Numbered from the stretch's first letter, positions 45,852 through 55,411 are shown. The stretch is DNA of 64,000 bases from Candidatus Parvarchaeota archaeon (GCA_017608045.1 JAFCGN010000002.1:116151-180150), one strand, 5' to 3'. The notes: generated from the sequence alone by a model not told the origin. Numbers and translations: made by a program.

Positions 45852-47771
45852 TTAAAGGTTTTCAAAAAACTTTTTTATTTCCTTCCAAGGTTCATAAGTT
45901 ATTTTTACTTCCCAATCATCAGGCATTATTGAGTTATACTTTTTCCATGCATATCTTTCATCAAGAAAAACAATAACCCCCTTATCTTTCTCACTGCGAA
46001 TAACTCTTCCTGCTGCTTGCAATACCTTATTCATTGCAGGATATACATAACCATAATCCCATCCTTTGCCATATTTTGCATCATAATAATTTATTTTTTC
46101 CTTAGTCTCTATGTCAGGCGTTTCTAAAGGAATGCCTACAATAATAACTTGTTCAATATATTTTCCTGGTAAATCAATTCCTTCTCCAAAACTCCCGCTT
46201 ATGCAAGCAAGGAGCACAGAACCTTCTGCACTTAATTTTCCTTCTCTTGAATGCCTTTTAAATTCTAAAATCAATGCTTTTTTTTCTTCAGCACTTATTC
46301 CACTTTCTTCCAAGAGCAATGGTTTGTCTGTTTTATTTTTTAAAAATTCATAAACCCTGTTTCTTAAATCATAAGATGGAAAGTATATAACTGTGTTCCC
46401 AGGGCAGGAGTTAATGCACTTTGCACAAAAAATTGCTATTTTTTCAAACATTTTTTTGTTTCTTTTATTATATTTTGTTGTTGTTTCGGGCACAATCAAA
46501 TTCAAACGATTTTTCGAAGGAAAAGGGTTTTTATAACTTTTCATTACAGGATTACTGATTCCAAGCAAATCCGCATACATTCTTAAAGGAAGCAATGTTC
46601 CACTCATTAATACTGCTGAATTAATTTCATTAAATACTTCTTTGCTTACAAGAGAGGGGTCAATAGCTATTTTTGCTAAAATTTGCCGTTCTCTATCACT
46701 TTTTTCAATTTTAAACAATCTAACAAAACCTCTCTCCTTTTCCATCCATTCTACAAGAAAATCTTTAATACTTCCAAGATAACTTATTTCTTGTTCTTCT
46801 TTTACTTTATCAGAATTAATGTCAAGAATGCTTACAAATTCTTTATAATCCAACCCTATTTTTTTTAAATTATTGTTTAAAAGTTCTATAAATCCATTCA
46901 CGCTTACTTTAGATTCTTTTAAATTGTATTCTTCAAGTTTTTCTTTAAGAAAATCAAATGATTTTTCAAGAGATTTAATGCCTTCTAATGCATCAATGAA
47001 TTCATATTTTTCTGCTTCTTTTAACCCCCTTCTTATCATAAAGTTTGTCAGTTTTGATGTAAATAATTCTCTTATTCGTCCTGGCAAATTATGTGCTTCA
47101 TCTACAATAAGAAGAATTTGGTTTAATTCTTTGTCAATTTTGTGAAGTATTGCTTTACGAATGCTCGGACTAAAAATATGATAATAATCTCCAATAATTA
47201 TTTTAGAGTTCTTACATGCTTGCAAGGCAATTTCATACGGACACACTAATTCTTTTTTTCCAAGATTAATAAGTTCATCATATGTTTGGGATTCTAATTT
47301 GTTTATAAGAATTTTAGCATTTCCTGTTAATTCTTTGTAAGGGTTTTCACCTGTTTTTCTTTTTATTTTCCACACATTGTTATAATAAGAGCATTGCCCT
47401 GTTTCCCTGAGATTTTTGCAATATTCTGAGAAATCGTGGGAGTTTAACTTGATTGAGGGCGTCATTAAACACATTTTTTGTCTGCCAACAAAACTCGTTG
47501 TTTTAATTTTTTTTTCATTCAATTTTTTATTAAGTTTTTGTATTGTTTCCACAACAATTTTGTGCTGCGTGTTTCTTGAAGTTAAGAAGAAAATAATTAA
47601 ATCATCTTTTATTGCTCTTTGAAGCATTGGTGCTAAAACTCCTGCAGTTTTTCCAATACCTGTTGGTGCGTGAGCTAACAAAATCTTGTTTTGATATATT
47701 GTTTCCTTCACATCATTCATTAATTCTTTTTGACCTTTTCTAATGTTTTCATGAGCAAAATAAGTTTCCAT
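45852..47771 (-). CDS. XPD/Rad3-family (DinG-like) Fe-S DNA helicase
   Basis: Walker A AHAPTGIGKT. DEAH box IVDEAHNL. Four-Cys Fe-S insertion (C…C…C…C between the motifs). Confidence 0.8.
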   Translation of the reverse strand: METYFAHENIRKGQKELMNDVKETIYQNKILLAHAPTGIGKTAGVLAPMLQRAIKDDLIIFFLTSRNTQHKIVVETIQKLNKKLNEKKIKTTSFVGRQKMCLMTPSIKLNSHDFSEYCKNLRETGQCSYYNNVWKIKRKTGENPYKELTGNAKILINKLESQTYDELINLGKKELVCPYEIALQACKNSKIIIGDYYHIFSPSIRKAILHKIDKELNQILLIVDEAHNLPGRIRELFTSKLTNFMIRRGLKEAEKYEFIDALEGIKSLEKSFDFLKEKLEEYNLKESKVSVNGFIELLNNNLKKIGLDYKEFVSILDINSDKVKEEQEISYLGSIKDFLVEWMEKERGFVRLFKIEKSDRERQILAKIAIDPSLVSKEVFNEINSAVLMSGTLLPLRMYADLLGISNPVMKSYKNPFPSKNRLNLIVPETTTKYNKRNKKMFEKIAIFCAKCINSCPGNTVIYFPSYDLRNRVYEFLKNKTDKPLLLEESGISAEEKKALILEFKRHSREGKLSAEGSVLLACISGSFGEGIDLPGKYIEQVIIVGIPLETPDIETKEKINYYDAKYGKGWDYGYVYPAMNKVLQAAGRVIRSEKDKGVIVFLDERYAWKKYNSIMPDDWEVKITYEPWKEIKKFFENL

Positions 47772-47827
47772 TTTAATTTAAAGAAAAAAAATTAGTTAAT
47801 AAGTCTTTAGACAAAAGATTTATTATT

Positions 47828-48172
47828 TTGTTAGTGTTCTCTAATAAGAAAATGAAAAAAATTTTAGTAAAGAAAATTGAACCAATCATGCTAATTTTCG
47901 TAATAACATTAGTTGTTTTTTTGAGCGGTTGCATAAGTTTAGAAAAAGACTTAAAGATTGAACACACTTTTGATTGGAGTGATGGGAATTGTTTAAAAAA
48001 CAGTGATTGCTCAGCAATTGAATTTGGTTGTGGGGGAGGGCATATTATATGCACAAGTAATGAGGAAGAATGGATTGGAAAAGCAAGCACTTGTGAAATT
48101 GTAGAGAATCATCCTTCTACAAAAGGGTTTAAGTGCGGTTGTTATAATGGGAGTTGCGCATGGATTAAGTAA
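47828..48172 (+). CDS. Small secreted Cys-rich protein (lipobox-like LSGC)
   Basis: Signal and TM segment MKKILVKKIEPIMLIFVITLVVFLSGC. 8 Cys in the ~85-aa mature region. Confidence 0.35.
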   Translation: MLVFSNKKMKKILVKKIEPIMLIFVITLVVFLSGCISLEKDLKIEHTFDWSDGNCLKNSDCSAIEFGCGGGHIICTSNEEEWIGKASTCEIVENHPSTKGFKCGCYNGSCAWIK

Positions 48173-48222
48173 AAACTTGTTTCAGAAGAAATGCAATTTC
48201 CACAAATCTTATTAAAAAGACT

Positions 48223-48837
48223 TTGCTTTTAATTAACATGACTTATGCTTATGTTGCAAAAACGGATATTATTGAGCTTCTTAAAAAAGTGAAAGAAGCG
48301 CTTTTACAAGAAAATTTTAGGAAGATTGAAAATTTAAGTGACCATATCATTCATTCTGCAACAATTCTTCAAGATGAATATACAACCACGCTTTCAGTAA
48401 CAGTTTATGCTTTGGGAAAAATTTTATCAAAACCAAAATTAATTCAAAACAGAAAGAAATGGAATGATTTTAAAACAAATGTTTTGAAAATAATAAATGA
48501 ACTTATTGCACTTGTAGAAGAAGAAGATTGGGAAAACTATTTGGTAAAAATCAGGCAATTGTCTGAGACAATTGAAACACTTGATGAAGATTATTCTAAT
48601 TATGTTGGGCTTTTGTTAAGAAGTGCGAAAATAAAAAAAGGAAGCAAAATGGTTGAACATGGCATAAGTAAAGGCAAGGTAGCAGAACTTCTTGGAATAA
48701 GTTTATGGGAGTTAAGCACATATGCAGGTTCAAGAAGCAAAAGATTTCCTATAAGTCCAAAAAGAAAAAGCGTTTCTAAAAGATTGTCTTTTTTAAGAAA
48801 AATATTGAGGTATAAGAAGGAGAGTGCAGATAAATGA
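48223..48837 (+). CDS. UPF0175-like antitoxin-type HTH protein with large N-terminal extension
   Basis: C-terminal GISKGKVAELLGISLWELSTYAGSR resembles the UPF0175 HTH. Start of the next gene overlaps by 4 nt (ATGA). Confidence 0.4.
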   Translation: MLLINMTYAYVAKTDIIELLKKVKEALLQENFRKIENLSDHIIHSATILQDEYTTTLSVTVYALGKILSKPKLIQNRKKWNDFKTNVLKIINELIALVEEEDWENYLVKIRQLSETIETLDEDYSNYVGLLLRSAKIKKGSKMVEHGISKGKVAELLGISLWELSTYAGSRSKRFPISPKRKSVSKRLSFLRKILRYKKESADK

Positions 48838-49544
48838 AGGATAATGATTTTTTAGTTATGGATTCTTGCACAATAATTTCTTTGAGTATGAATTGTTTAG
48901 CATCGGTTCTTAAAAAATTTGCACAACAAGGAAGAAATTTCTGCGTTCCTCCATCAGTTTATAATGAAATTTATTCACAACCTCTTAAAAGCAAGCAGTT
49001 TTTATGGCCTGCTCTTAAGGTAAAGAAGTATTTTAATGAAGGTTTTCTAACAATCTTAAAATCACCAACTCTTGAAAAAGATACTCAAGAAATTCTTTTC
49101 TGGTCTAACAAAATTTATTCTACAAGCAAGGGGAATATACATTTAATTCATAGAGGCGAAGCAGAAGTCATGGCATTAGCAAAGTATTACAATCAAAGCA
49201 CAATTGCAACAGATGAGTATATAACGCGATTGTTGATTGAAGAACCATTTACATTAAAAAAGCATTTTGAAAAAAAACTTCACATGCCTGTTGAAGTTAA
49301 TGAAAAAAGCTTGGCAGAATTTCAAAAACTCGTGAATGGAATAAATATTGTTAGAAGTGCAGAGATTATTGCTCTCGCATTCGAACAAGGATTTTTTGAT
49401 GAAGACATAAGAGTTATTAGCAAATCAATTAATAATGCAAAAGCAGAACTAATAAGAGGCATGCTTTGGGCTTTAAAATTTAGTGGTTGCAGTATGTTTG
49501 TTTCTGAAATAGAGGATTACGTTACTTTATTAACTAAAGAGTAG
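48834..49544 (+). CDS. PIN-domain protein (DUF3368-like) with C-terminal extension
   Basis: PIN acidic residues in FLVMDSCTIISL, GEAEVMALAK and IATDEYITRLL. Confidence 0.5.
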   Translation: MKDNDFLVMDSCTIISLSMNCLASVLKKFAQQGRNFCVPPSVYNEIYSQPLKSKQFLWPALKVKKYFNEGFLTILKSPTLEKDTQEILFWSNKIYSTSKGNIHLIHRGEAEVMALAKYYNQSTIATDEYITRLLIEEPFTLKKHFEKKLHMPVEVNEKSLAEFQKLVNGINIVRSAEIIALAFEQGFFDEDIRVISKSINNAKAELIRGMLWALKFSGCSMFVSEIEDYVTLLTKE

Positions 49545-49559
49545 TTTATTAATAAAAAA

Positions 49560-50726
49560 TTATTTGAATTTTTGGAGCACCCATATTTCTCTTCCAATTT
49601 TATGATCAGGGCGTTTATAATAAAAAGGCATTTCAAAATTTTTTATTATTCCAAAGAGCGGATTAACAATTTTAAGATCTATATTTTTAATTATGGAATA
49701 CATATCTATGTGAAATTTCTTTTTATTTTGTGCTATAAAGACAGGAGTTATAAAAACAATTCTTCCATACTGTTTTAATATTTTATTTGCACTAAAAAAG
49801 AATTCTTTGTATAATAATTCAAGTTTTTTCTTTATTTCCATTATTTCTTTAAATGTGAGCGGTTCTTTGATTAATGGTCCCATATAAGGCTCGCTCACAA
49901 TTGCAGCTACTTTATTTAACTTGTTTTCATAAAATGTTTGAGCAATTGCTTTTGCATCACTCCTAATAATATTAAATTTTTTCCTATCCTTATTTGTTAT
50001 GTGTTCCAAATTTTTCCGAGAATCCCTTACACAATCAAAACTTATGTCAGTGCCAATTACTTTTAATCCCATTAAAACCGCTTCTGTTAAGATAGTCCCA
50101 ACACCACAAAACGGGTCAAGAAGTGTTTCTTCTTTTTTTGCTGAAGAAAGGTTAATCATAATTCTTGCTAAACGAATGCTTATTGCTTGAGAATATCTTT
50201 TAACAGGCATTTCTTTATCTCTTTTTTCATACATTCCATGATTAAAAACGCATTTTGTAAGAAAAACACACATTTTTTTTGATTTTATTAAGTTTAATTC
50301 AATATCCACGTTTTTTTTGTAAAAATCGCTTGGAGATAAAATATTTTCTTTCTTGTGAGATGGTTTTTTTAAAAAAGCTTTAATTCCTTGGTTTTTAATT
50401 TCTTTCAGAACTTTTTTTCTGAATTTTTTAACATTTTCATTATTCAAGTTAAAATTGTTTATAGAATAATTAATTTTGTTTGGAACTTTATTGAAATCAA
50501 TTTTTTCACTTAAACTAAATTCTTCAAAATTTTTTCCTTCAAAAATAAGTTCTCCAATTCTTCTTGTTCCCGCTAACCTATGAATTGCTTCTTTATAATC
50601 CCAATTTTCTGCCTCTGCAATAACATAGTTTTTACCAACAACTTCTATTTCTAAATTAGGGTAAACAGTAATGAGCTCTGCAAGACTTAATTCTAAATCA
50701 CTGCCTAAATCCACAAGATATTTCAT
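49560..50726 (-). CDS. THUMP-domain RNA (tRNA m2G-type, Trm14/TrmG10-like) SAM methyltransferase
   Basis: Motif I PFCGVGTILTEAVLMG. Motif IV-like SEPYMGP. N-terminal THUMP-like region. Confidence 0.55.
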   Translation of the reverse strand: MKYLVDLGSDLELSLAELITVYPNLEIEVVGKNYVIAEAENWDYKEAIHRLAGTRRIGELIFEGKNFEEFSLSEKIDFNKVPNKINYSINNFNLNNENVKKFRKKVLKEIKNQGIKAFLKKPSHKKENILSPSDFYKKNVDIELNLIKSKKMCVFLTKCVFNHGMYEKRDKEMPVKRYSQAISIRLARIMINLSSAKKEETLLDPFCGVGTILTEAVLMGLKVIGTDISFDCVRDSRKNLEHITNKDRKKFNIIRSDAKAIAQTFYENKLNKVAAIVSEPYMGPLIKEPLTFKEIMEIKKKLELLYKEFFFSANKILKQYGRIVFITPVFIAQNKKKFHIDMYSIIKNIDLKIVNPLFGIIKNFEMPFYYKRPDHKIGREIWVLQKFK

Positions 50727-50909
50727 ATTTATTTCTAAAATCTACTACTATTAAAAACTTGATGCTGTTTTTTTTAAATTTAAAACAATAATTATAAATA
50801 GTTGTTTTAAATAATAATTCATAATATTTTTAGAATTTGTTATTGAAATTACAAAACGAAAAATGTGTTATAAAAAAAAGTAAAATAAAAAATTAAGTGG
50901 ATGGACTAA

Positions 50910-51731
50910 ATGAGTGGAAATAAAACTGTTTGGCAAGAAGAGAATAAATTAGAACAAAGTTTGAAAGAAATAAAACATAAAATCATAGTAATGAGTGGAA
51001 AAGGAGGCGTTGGAAAAAGCACAATCGCTACTAATCTCGCTGTTTCCTTGTCTAAAAAAGGGTTTAAGGTTGGAATTCTTGATGCGGATATTCACGGACC
51101 AAGCATTCCAAAACTATTGGGTATTGAAAATAGTAAAGCGTATGAAAAAAATGGAAAAATAACACCTATAAACATTAATGAAAATCTTAAAGTAATGTCA
51201 ATAGGATTTATGCTTCCAAAAACAACGTCTCCTGTGATCTGGCGAGGGCCTTTAAAATTGAAATTAATCAGGCAATTTTTGCAAGATGTTCAGTGGGATA
51301 AACTTGACTACCTTGTTATAGACTTGCCTCCTGGAACTGGCGATGAATCAATAAGTATAGCACAATTAATTAAAAAAATTGATGGGGCTTTAATTATTAC
51401 TACACCGCAAGAAGTTGCGCTTTTAAGTGTGCAGAAATCAATAAATTTTGCAAAAAGATTAAATGTTTCAATTCTTGGTTTAATTGAAAACATGAGTGGT
51501 TTTAATTGTCCTTATTGCCATAAAGAAATAAATATTTTTGGAAAAGGAAAAAGTGAAGAAGTATGCAAAAGAATGAAAATAGATTTTTTAGGCAAAATTC
51601 CAATAAGATGTGAAATTGCAAAAGCAAGTGATAAAGGCAAACCCTTTGTTTTAGATTATAAAGAGTTTGATTTCTCAAAAATATTTGAGAATATTGTTGA
51701 AAAAATAATTCAAAAAACGCAAATCATGTAG
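50910..51731 (+). CDS. Mrp/NBP35/ApbC Fe-S cluster carrier ATPase
   Basis: Deviant Walker A VMSGKGGVGKST. CPYC motif (FNCPYCHKEINIFG). Confidence 0.85.
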   Translation: MSGNKTVWQEENKLEQSLKEIKHKIIVMSGKGGVGKSTIATNLAVSLSKKGFKVGILDADIHGPSIPKLLGIENSKAYEKNGKITPININENLKVMSIGFMLPKTTSPVIWRGPLKLKLIRQFLQDVQWDKLDYLVIDLPPGTGDESISIAQLIKKIDGALIITTPQEVALLSVQKSINFAKRLNVSILGLIENMSGFNCPYCHKEINIFGKGKSEEVCKRMKIDFLGKIPIRCEIAKASDKGKPFVLDYKEFDFSKIFENIVEKIIQKTQIM

Positions 51732-51792
51732 AATGGAATTTGTTTAAAACTCAATATTTAAAAATTTAGATTTAATAATAAAATATGGTATT

Positions 51793-52857
51793 ATGAAAAA
51801 AGAAACAATTGCATGGATATCTTTGATAGCCACCTTTTTTTTAGCACTCTTAAAAATATTAGCAGGCATTATTGTCAAGTCAGCATCTGTTCTTGCAGAA
51901 GGACTTCATTCAGGAATGGATGTAATTTCTTCAGGAATAACTATTTTAGGAATAAGAGTTGCAAAAAAACCTGTTGATGAAAAACACCCTTATGGTCATT
52001 ATAAATTTGAAGTTTTGTCAGGTCTTATAATAACCATAATTTTGTTTTTTACAGGCGTGGGAATTGTGTATGATGCACTAAAAAGATTTATGGGTGTTTC
52101 AGAGCTTGAATCAACATATGTTGGTTTAATTGTAATGGGTGTTTCAACAGTAGTAAATTGGGCTTTGTCAAAAGCAAAAATCTCTATTGGTAAAAAAGAA
52201 GGCTCAATTAGTTTAATTACAGATGGCGTTCATTCAAGAGTAGATGTTTATGTTTCTTTTGCTGTTTTTTTTGGATTGCTTTTAAATCCTTTTTGGGGAT
52301 ATGCAGATGCATTATTTGCTCTTCTTGTTGGTTTATTCATAATTAAGGAATCATTTTCACTTGGCAAAGAAGCAACAGACTCTCTTTTAGATGTTTCAGC
52401 TGGAGAAGAGATTGAAGATAAAATAAAAGAAATTGTAAAAAAGAAAAAGATAGAACTTGCTGATTTAAAAACGCAAACAAAAGGTTCAATTTATACAGCA
52501 AATTTAAAACTGAAACTGCCTGCTAAGATAAGTGTTGGAGAAGCAACTAAGATTTCAAATAATCTTAGAAAAAAATTGATGGAAGAGATAGATAAATTGA
52601 AGTATGTGGCAATTCAAGTTGAAGGTCATGATATTGAAGAAAATTATTATCAACCTGAAGAAATTTTTGGATTTGGAAAAGGTTTTGGATGGCAGAGGAA
52701 AGGAAGGTTTATGGAAAAATTTGAAAAAGCAAGAGGTGAAGGCCCAGGAGGATATTGTGTGTGCCCGAAGTGTAAGTATAGGGTTAAGCATAAAAGAGGC
52801 GTTCCTTGTTCAACAATTAAATGCCCTAAATGCGGAGCAAGCATGGTGAGAGATTAA
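51793..52857 (+). CDS. Cation diffusion facilitator (CDF) metal efflux transporter with an appended C-terminal Cys4 zinc ribbon
   Basis: CDF signature SGITILGIRVAKKPVDEKHPYGHYKFEVLSGL and six TM helices. C-terminal GGYCVCPKCKYRVKHKRGVPCSTIKCPKCGASMVRD. Confidence 0.8.
   Translation: MKKETIAWISLIATFFLALLKILAGIIVKSASVLAEGLHSGMDVISSGITILGIRVAKKPVDEKHPYGHYKFEVLSGLIITIILFFTGVGIVYDALKRFMGVSELESTYVGLIVMGVSTVVNWALSKAKISIGKKEGSISLITDGVHSRVDVYVSFAVFFGLLLNPFWGYADALFALLVGLFIIKESFSLGKEATDSLLDVSAGEEIEDKIKEIVKKKKIELADLKTQTKGSIYTANLKLKLPAKISVGEATKISNNLRKKLMEEIDKLKYVAIQVEGHDIEENYYQPEEIFGFGKGFGWQRKGRFMEKFEKARGEGPGGYCVCPKCKYRVKHKRGVPCSTIKCPKCGASMVRD
52746..52851. repeat. Copy A of a 106-nt direct repeat (105/106 identical to 53172..53277) encoding the zinc-ribbon tail
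   Basis: Aligned by eye with offset 426 nt. Single mismatch at 52774 (a versus g). Confidence 0.85.
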
Positions 52858-53286
52858 ATGCCCAGACCAAAAAGGTGCAGAAAAATAGGTTTTCAACCAA
52901 GCATAACTTATTTTAAGCCAGCAGGAATTAGAATGCTTGATTTAGAAGAAGTGGTTTTAACTCTTGAAGAATTTGAGGCAATAAGATTAACAGATTTGCT
53001 TGATTTAAAACAGGATGTGGCAGCAAAAAAGATGGATGTATCTCAACCAACTTTTCACAGAGTGCTTTTATCTGCAAGAAAAAAAATTGCAGATTCCCTT
53101 GTTAATGGAAAAGCTATTAAAATAGAAGGAGGCACATACGTGTTTAAAAATAAAATACTTGAGGAAAAATTAGGAGGATATTGTGTGTGCCCGAAGTGTG
53201 AGTATAGGGTTAAGCATAAAAGAGGCGTTCCTTGTTCAACAATTAAATGCCCTAAATGCGGAGCAAGCATGGTGAGAAATATTTAA
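52858..53286 (+). CDS. DUF134/UPF0251-family DNA-binding protein with the same C-terminal Cys4 zinc ribbon
   Basis: MPRPKRCRKIGFQPSITYFKPAGI…LEEFEAIRLTDL…MDVSQPTFHRVLLSARKKIADSLVNGKAIKIEGG matches the DUF134 pattern. Tail GGYCVCPKCEYRVKHKRGVPCSTIKCPKCGASMVRNI. Confidence 0.7.
   Translation: MPRPKRCRKIGFQPSITYFKPAGIRMLDLEEVVLTLEEFEAIRLTDLLDLKQDVAAKKMDVSQPTFHRVLLSARKKIADSLVNGKAIKIEGGTYVFKNKILEEKLGGYCVCPKCEYRVKHKRGVPCSTIKCPKCGASMVRNI
53172..53277. repeat. Copy B of the 106-nt direct repeat
   Basis: See copy A. Confidence 0.85.
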
Positions 53287-53295
53287 TTCTTTGTT

Positions 53296-54204
53296 TTATT
53301 TTACAAAAATTCTTAAAAAATCTTTTGCAGGTCTTGTATTCTTAAAAACCTCTCTTGCTTCTGCAACTAAAGGTTTTATATCAGTATATCTTTGGCTGAA
53401 ATGAGTTAAAACAAGTTTTCCAACTCTTGCTTTTTTACCTAAATCTGCAGCTTCCTTTGCACTTAAATGATATCTTTCTCCCAATTTTTCTTTGTCTTTA
53501 GACAAAAATGTGCTTTCACAAATCAAGATTGTTGAATTACTGCAGAAATCAACAACTCTTTGGTCTATCTTGAAATCTACAGCATAAACAACACTTCTTC
53601 CAGGAACTAATACTGTAGCTTTTTTAGCACTTATTTTTTTACCATTCCATACAATATCCTTTCCTTTTTGCAGTTCTCCAAGTATTTTATTTTGCTTTAA
53701 TCCAAATTTTTTTAAATAACCAACATTGATTTTTCTTTTTGGTTTTTCTTCAAATTTATAAATTAAACAAGGCACATTATGTTTTACACTTAATGCTTTT
53801 ACAAAAAAATTTTCGCTTTCATAAATAATTCTCTCTTTTTGACATGTTATTTCATGCGCTTCTACAGGCATTTTTTTATGAAAATCATAAGTTTCTAATA
53901 TTTTCTGCACTTTTTTCTTTGTTCCTGTTGGCCCCCAAATATGCAAAGTATGTTTTCTATCAGCTGCGTTAAGAGATTGTATTATGCCTCCCAACCCTAA
54001 ACTATGATCCCCATGCCAATGGCTTAAGAATATGTTCTCTATTTTGTAAGGGCTTACACCAGCAACTCTTAATTGCCTTTGTGTTCCTTCACCACAGTCA
54101 AAAAGATTGTAATTTCCTTCATAACGAATGAGCACAGATGAATGGTTTCTTTCCCTTGTAGGATACATGCTGCTTGTTCCTAAAAAAACAATTTCTACTT
54201 GCAT
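53296..54204 (-). CDS. rnz: Ribonuclease Z (tRNA 3' endonuclease, MBL fold)
   Basis: FLGTSSMYPT. His motif FLSHWHGDHSLGLGG. 302 aa. Confidence 0.8.
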   Translation of the reverse strand: MQVEIVFLGTSSMYPTRERNHSSVLIRYEGNYNLFDCGEGTQRQLRVAGVSPYKIENIFLSHWHGDHSLGLGGIIQSLNAADRKHTLHIWGPTGTKKKVQKILETYDFHKKMPVEAHEITCQKERIIYESENFFVKALSVKHNVPCLIYKFEEKPKRKINVGYLKKFGLKQNKILGELQKGKDIVWNGKKISAKKATVLVPGRSVVYAVDFKIDQRVVDFCSNSTILICESTFLSKDKEKLGERYHLSAKEAADLGKKARVGKLVLTHFSQRYTDIKPLVAEAREVFKNTRPAKDFLRIFVK

Positions 54205-54251
54205 AATGAAATATATATAATAAGAAGGTAATTATATATCTTATTATTTTT

Positions 54252-54875
54252 TTGAGGGAAATGCTTTTAAATAGTTTTAGAAAGAAAAATTCTATGAAAA
54301 TACTTCCAATTATAACTCACTTAACTTCAAAATGGCTTTATTTAAAGGAGTTTCCAAATGGAAAGAATGTTTTCGCTTATTCAAAAAAGGTTCTTAATTC
54401 TTTTGTTCTTGAAAAAGCATACTTCTTACTACATCCTTGTGAAAATGAAAAAAAAGTTAGAAAAAGTATTGAAGATTTTTTTGAAATGAAATTTGACTTC
54501 ATTTCTTCCATAGATGGAGGGTTAAACAAAGAAACTGCAAAAGAAATGTTAGGATATGATGTTGTTCTTTCAATGGGTTGTTATTTTAATTTTTGCCAAA
54601 AGAAGACTATTAATTCTCTTTTTAACCATATAAAAATGAAAAACGTAATTATACCAACAAAAGCCAGTGTATGTAATATTAAGTTAGATAAAAGTTATAT
54701 TTTATTAGATGACATAATAAAAAAAGATATTAATCATGAGGAAAATTTAGATATTTTTGAGAGAAGCAATTATTATTTAGACGGCGAATTTTTGTTTAAT
54801 TTTATTCCTGATTTTGAAAGAAATATTTTTTATGAAACAAATTTAAGGTCTTTAAAATCAAGATTGGCGAAATAA
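54252..54875 (+). CDS. Hypothetical protein, paralog A of a tandem pair
   Basis: Shares ILPIITHLTS and GCYFNFCQKKTINSLF motifs with the next ORF. Confidence 0.35.
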   Translation: MREMLLNSFRKKNSMKILPIITHLTSKWLYLKEFPNGKNVFAYSKKVLNSFVLEKAYFLLHPCENEKKVRKSIEDFFEMKFDFISSIDGGLNKETAKEMLGYDVVLSMGCYFNFCQKKTINSLFNHIKMKNVIIPTKASVCNIKLDKSYILLDDIIKKDINHEENLDIFERSNYYLDGEFLFNFIPDFERNIFYETNLRSLKSRLAK

Positions 54876-54877
54876 CA

Positions 54878-55411
54878 ATGATACCTTTAATTATAACACA
54901 TTTAAGCACAGATTTTATTAATAAAAAAACTGCAAGAAAGATAAAACCCTTGATTGAAAAGCTTGTAGAATATGATGAGTTTTCTATTCTTCAACTTGTT
55001 TTTCCTGGAAATGAAAAAAAATTGTTTTTTAAACACAATGGAAGAATTGCATTTTCAAAATCAGGAAGTTTTCAATATTTTAATAAATATTTTAACACAA
55101 CAACTGCAGTAAGTATTGGCGCTTATTTTCATTCTTGTCAGGCAAGAACTATTGATAGTTTGTTTTCTCAAGGGTTTAAGAGAATACATATTATGGGGAA
55201 TTTGTGTTTTTTAAATAAAAAAGAAAGCCTTGTTGATAGAGTAGGTAAAGACATTAGCAAACTTCCTTTTTATTTGAATATGTTTGATTCTATTAGCGGA
55301 TACAAAATTAATTATTTTTATGAAAAAAAAGAAGACATGAAAGGAGAAAAAGAAATTTATTTTTGGAAAAATGAAGAAGAATTTTTATCACAACATTTTT
55401 TGAAAGTTTAA
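54878..55411 (+). CDS. Hypothetical protein, paralog B of a tandem pair
   Basis: MIPLIITHLST and GAYFHSCQARTIDSLF. 2-nt gap from paralog A. Confidence 0.35.
   Translation: MIPLIITHLSTDFINKKTARKIKPLIEKLVEYDEFSILQLVFPGNEKKLFFKHNGRIAFSKSGSFQYFNKYFNTTTAVSIGAYFHSCQARTIDSLFSQGFKRIHIMGNLCFLNKKESLVDRVGKDISKLPFYLNMFDSISGYKINYFYEKKEDMKGEKEIYFWKNEEEFLSQHFLKV

Noticed and set aside
52650-53270. Minus-strand ORFs 52650..52844 and 53055..53270 with near-identical proteins (MLAPHLGHLIVEQGTPLLCLTLY…)
   Set aside because: They are the antisense reading of the 106-nt zinc-ribbon repeat, duplicated only because the repeat is. Not independent genes.
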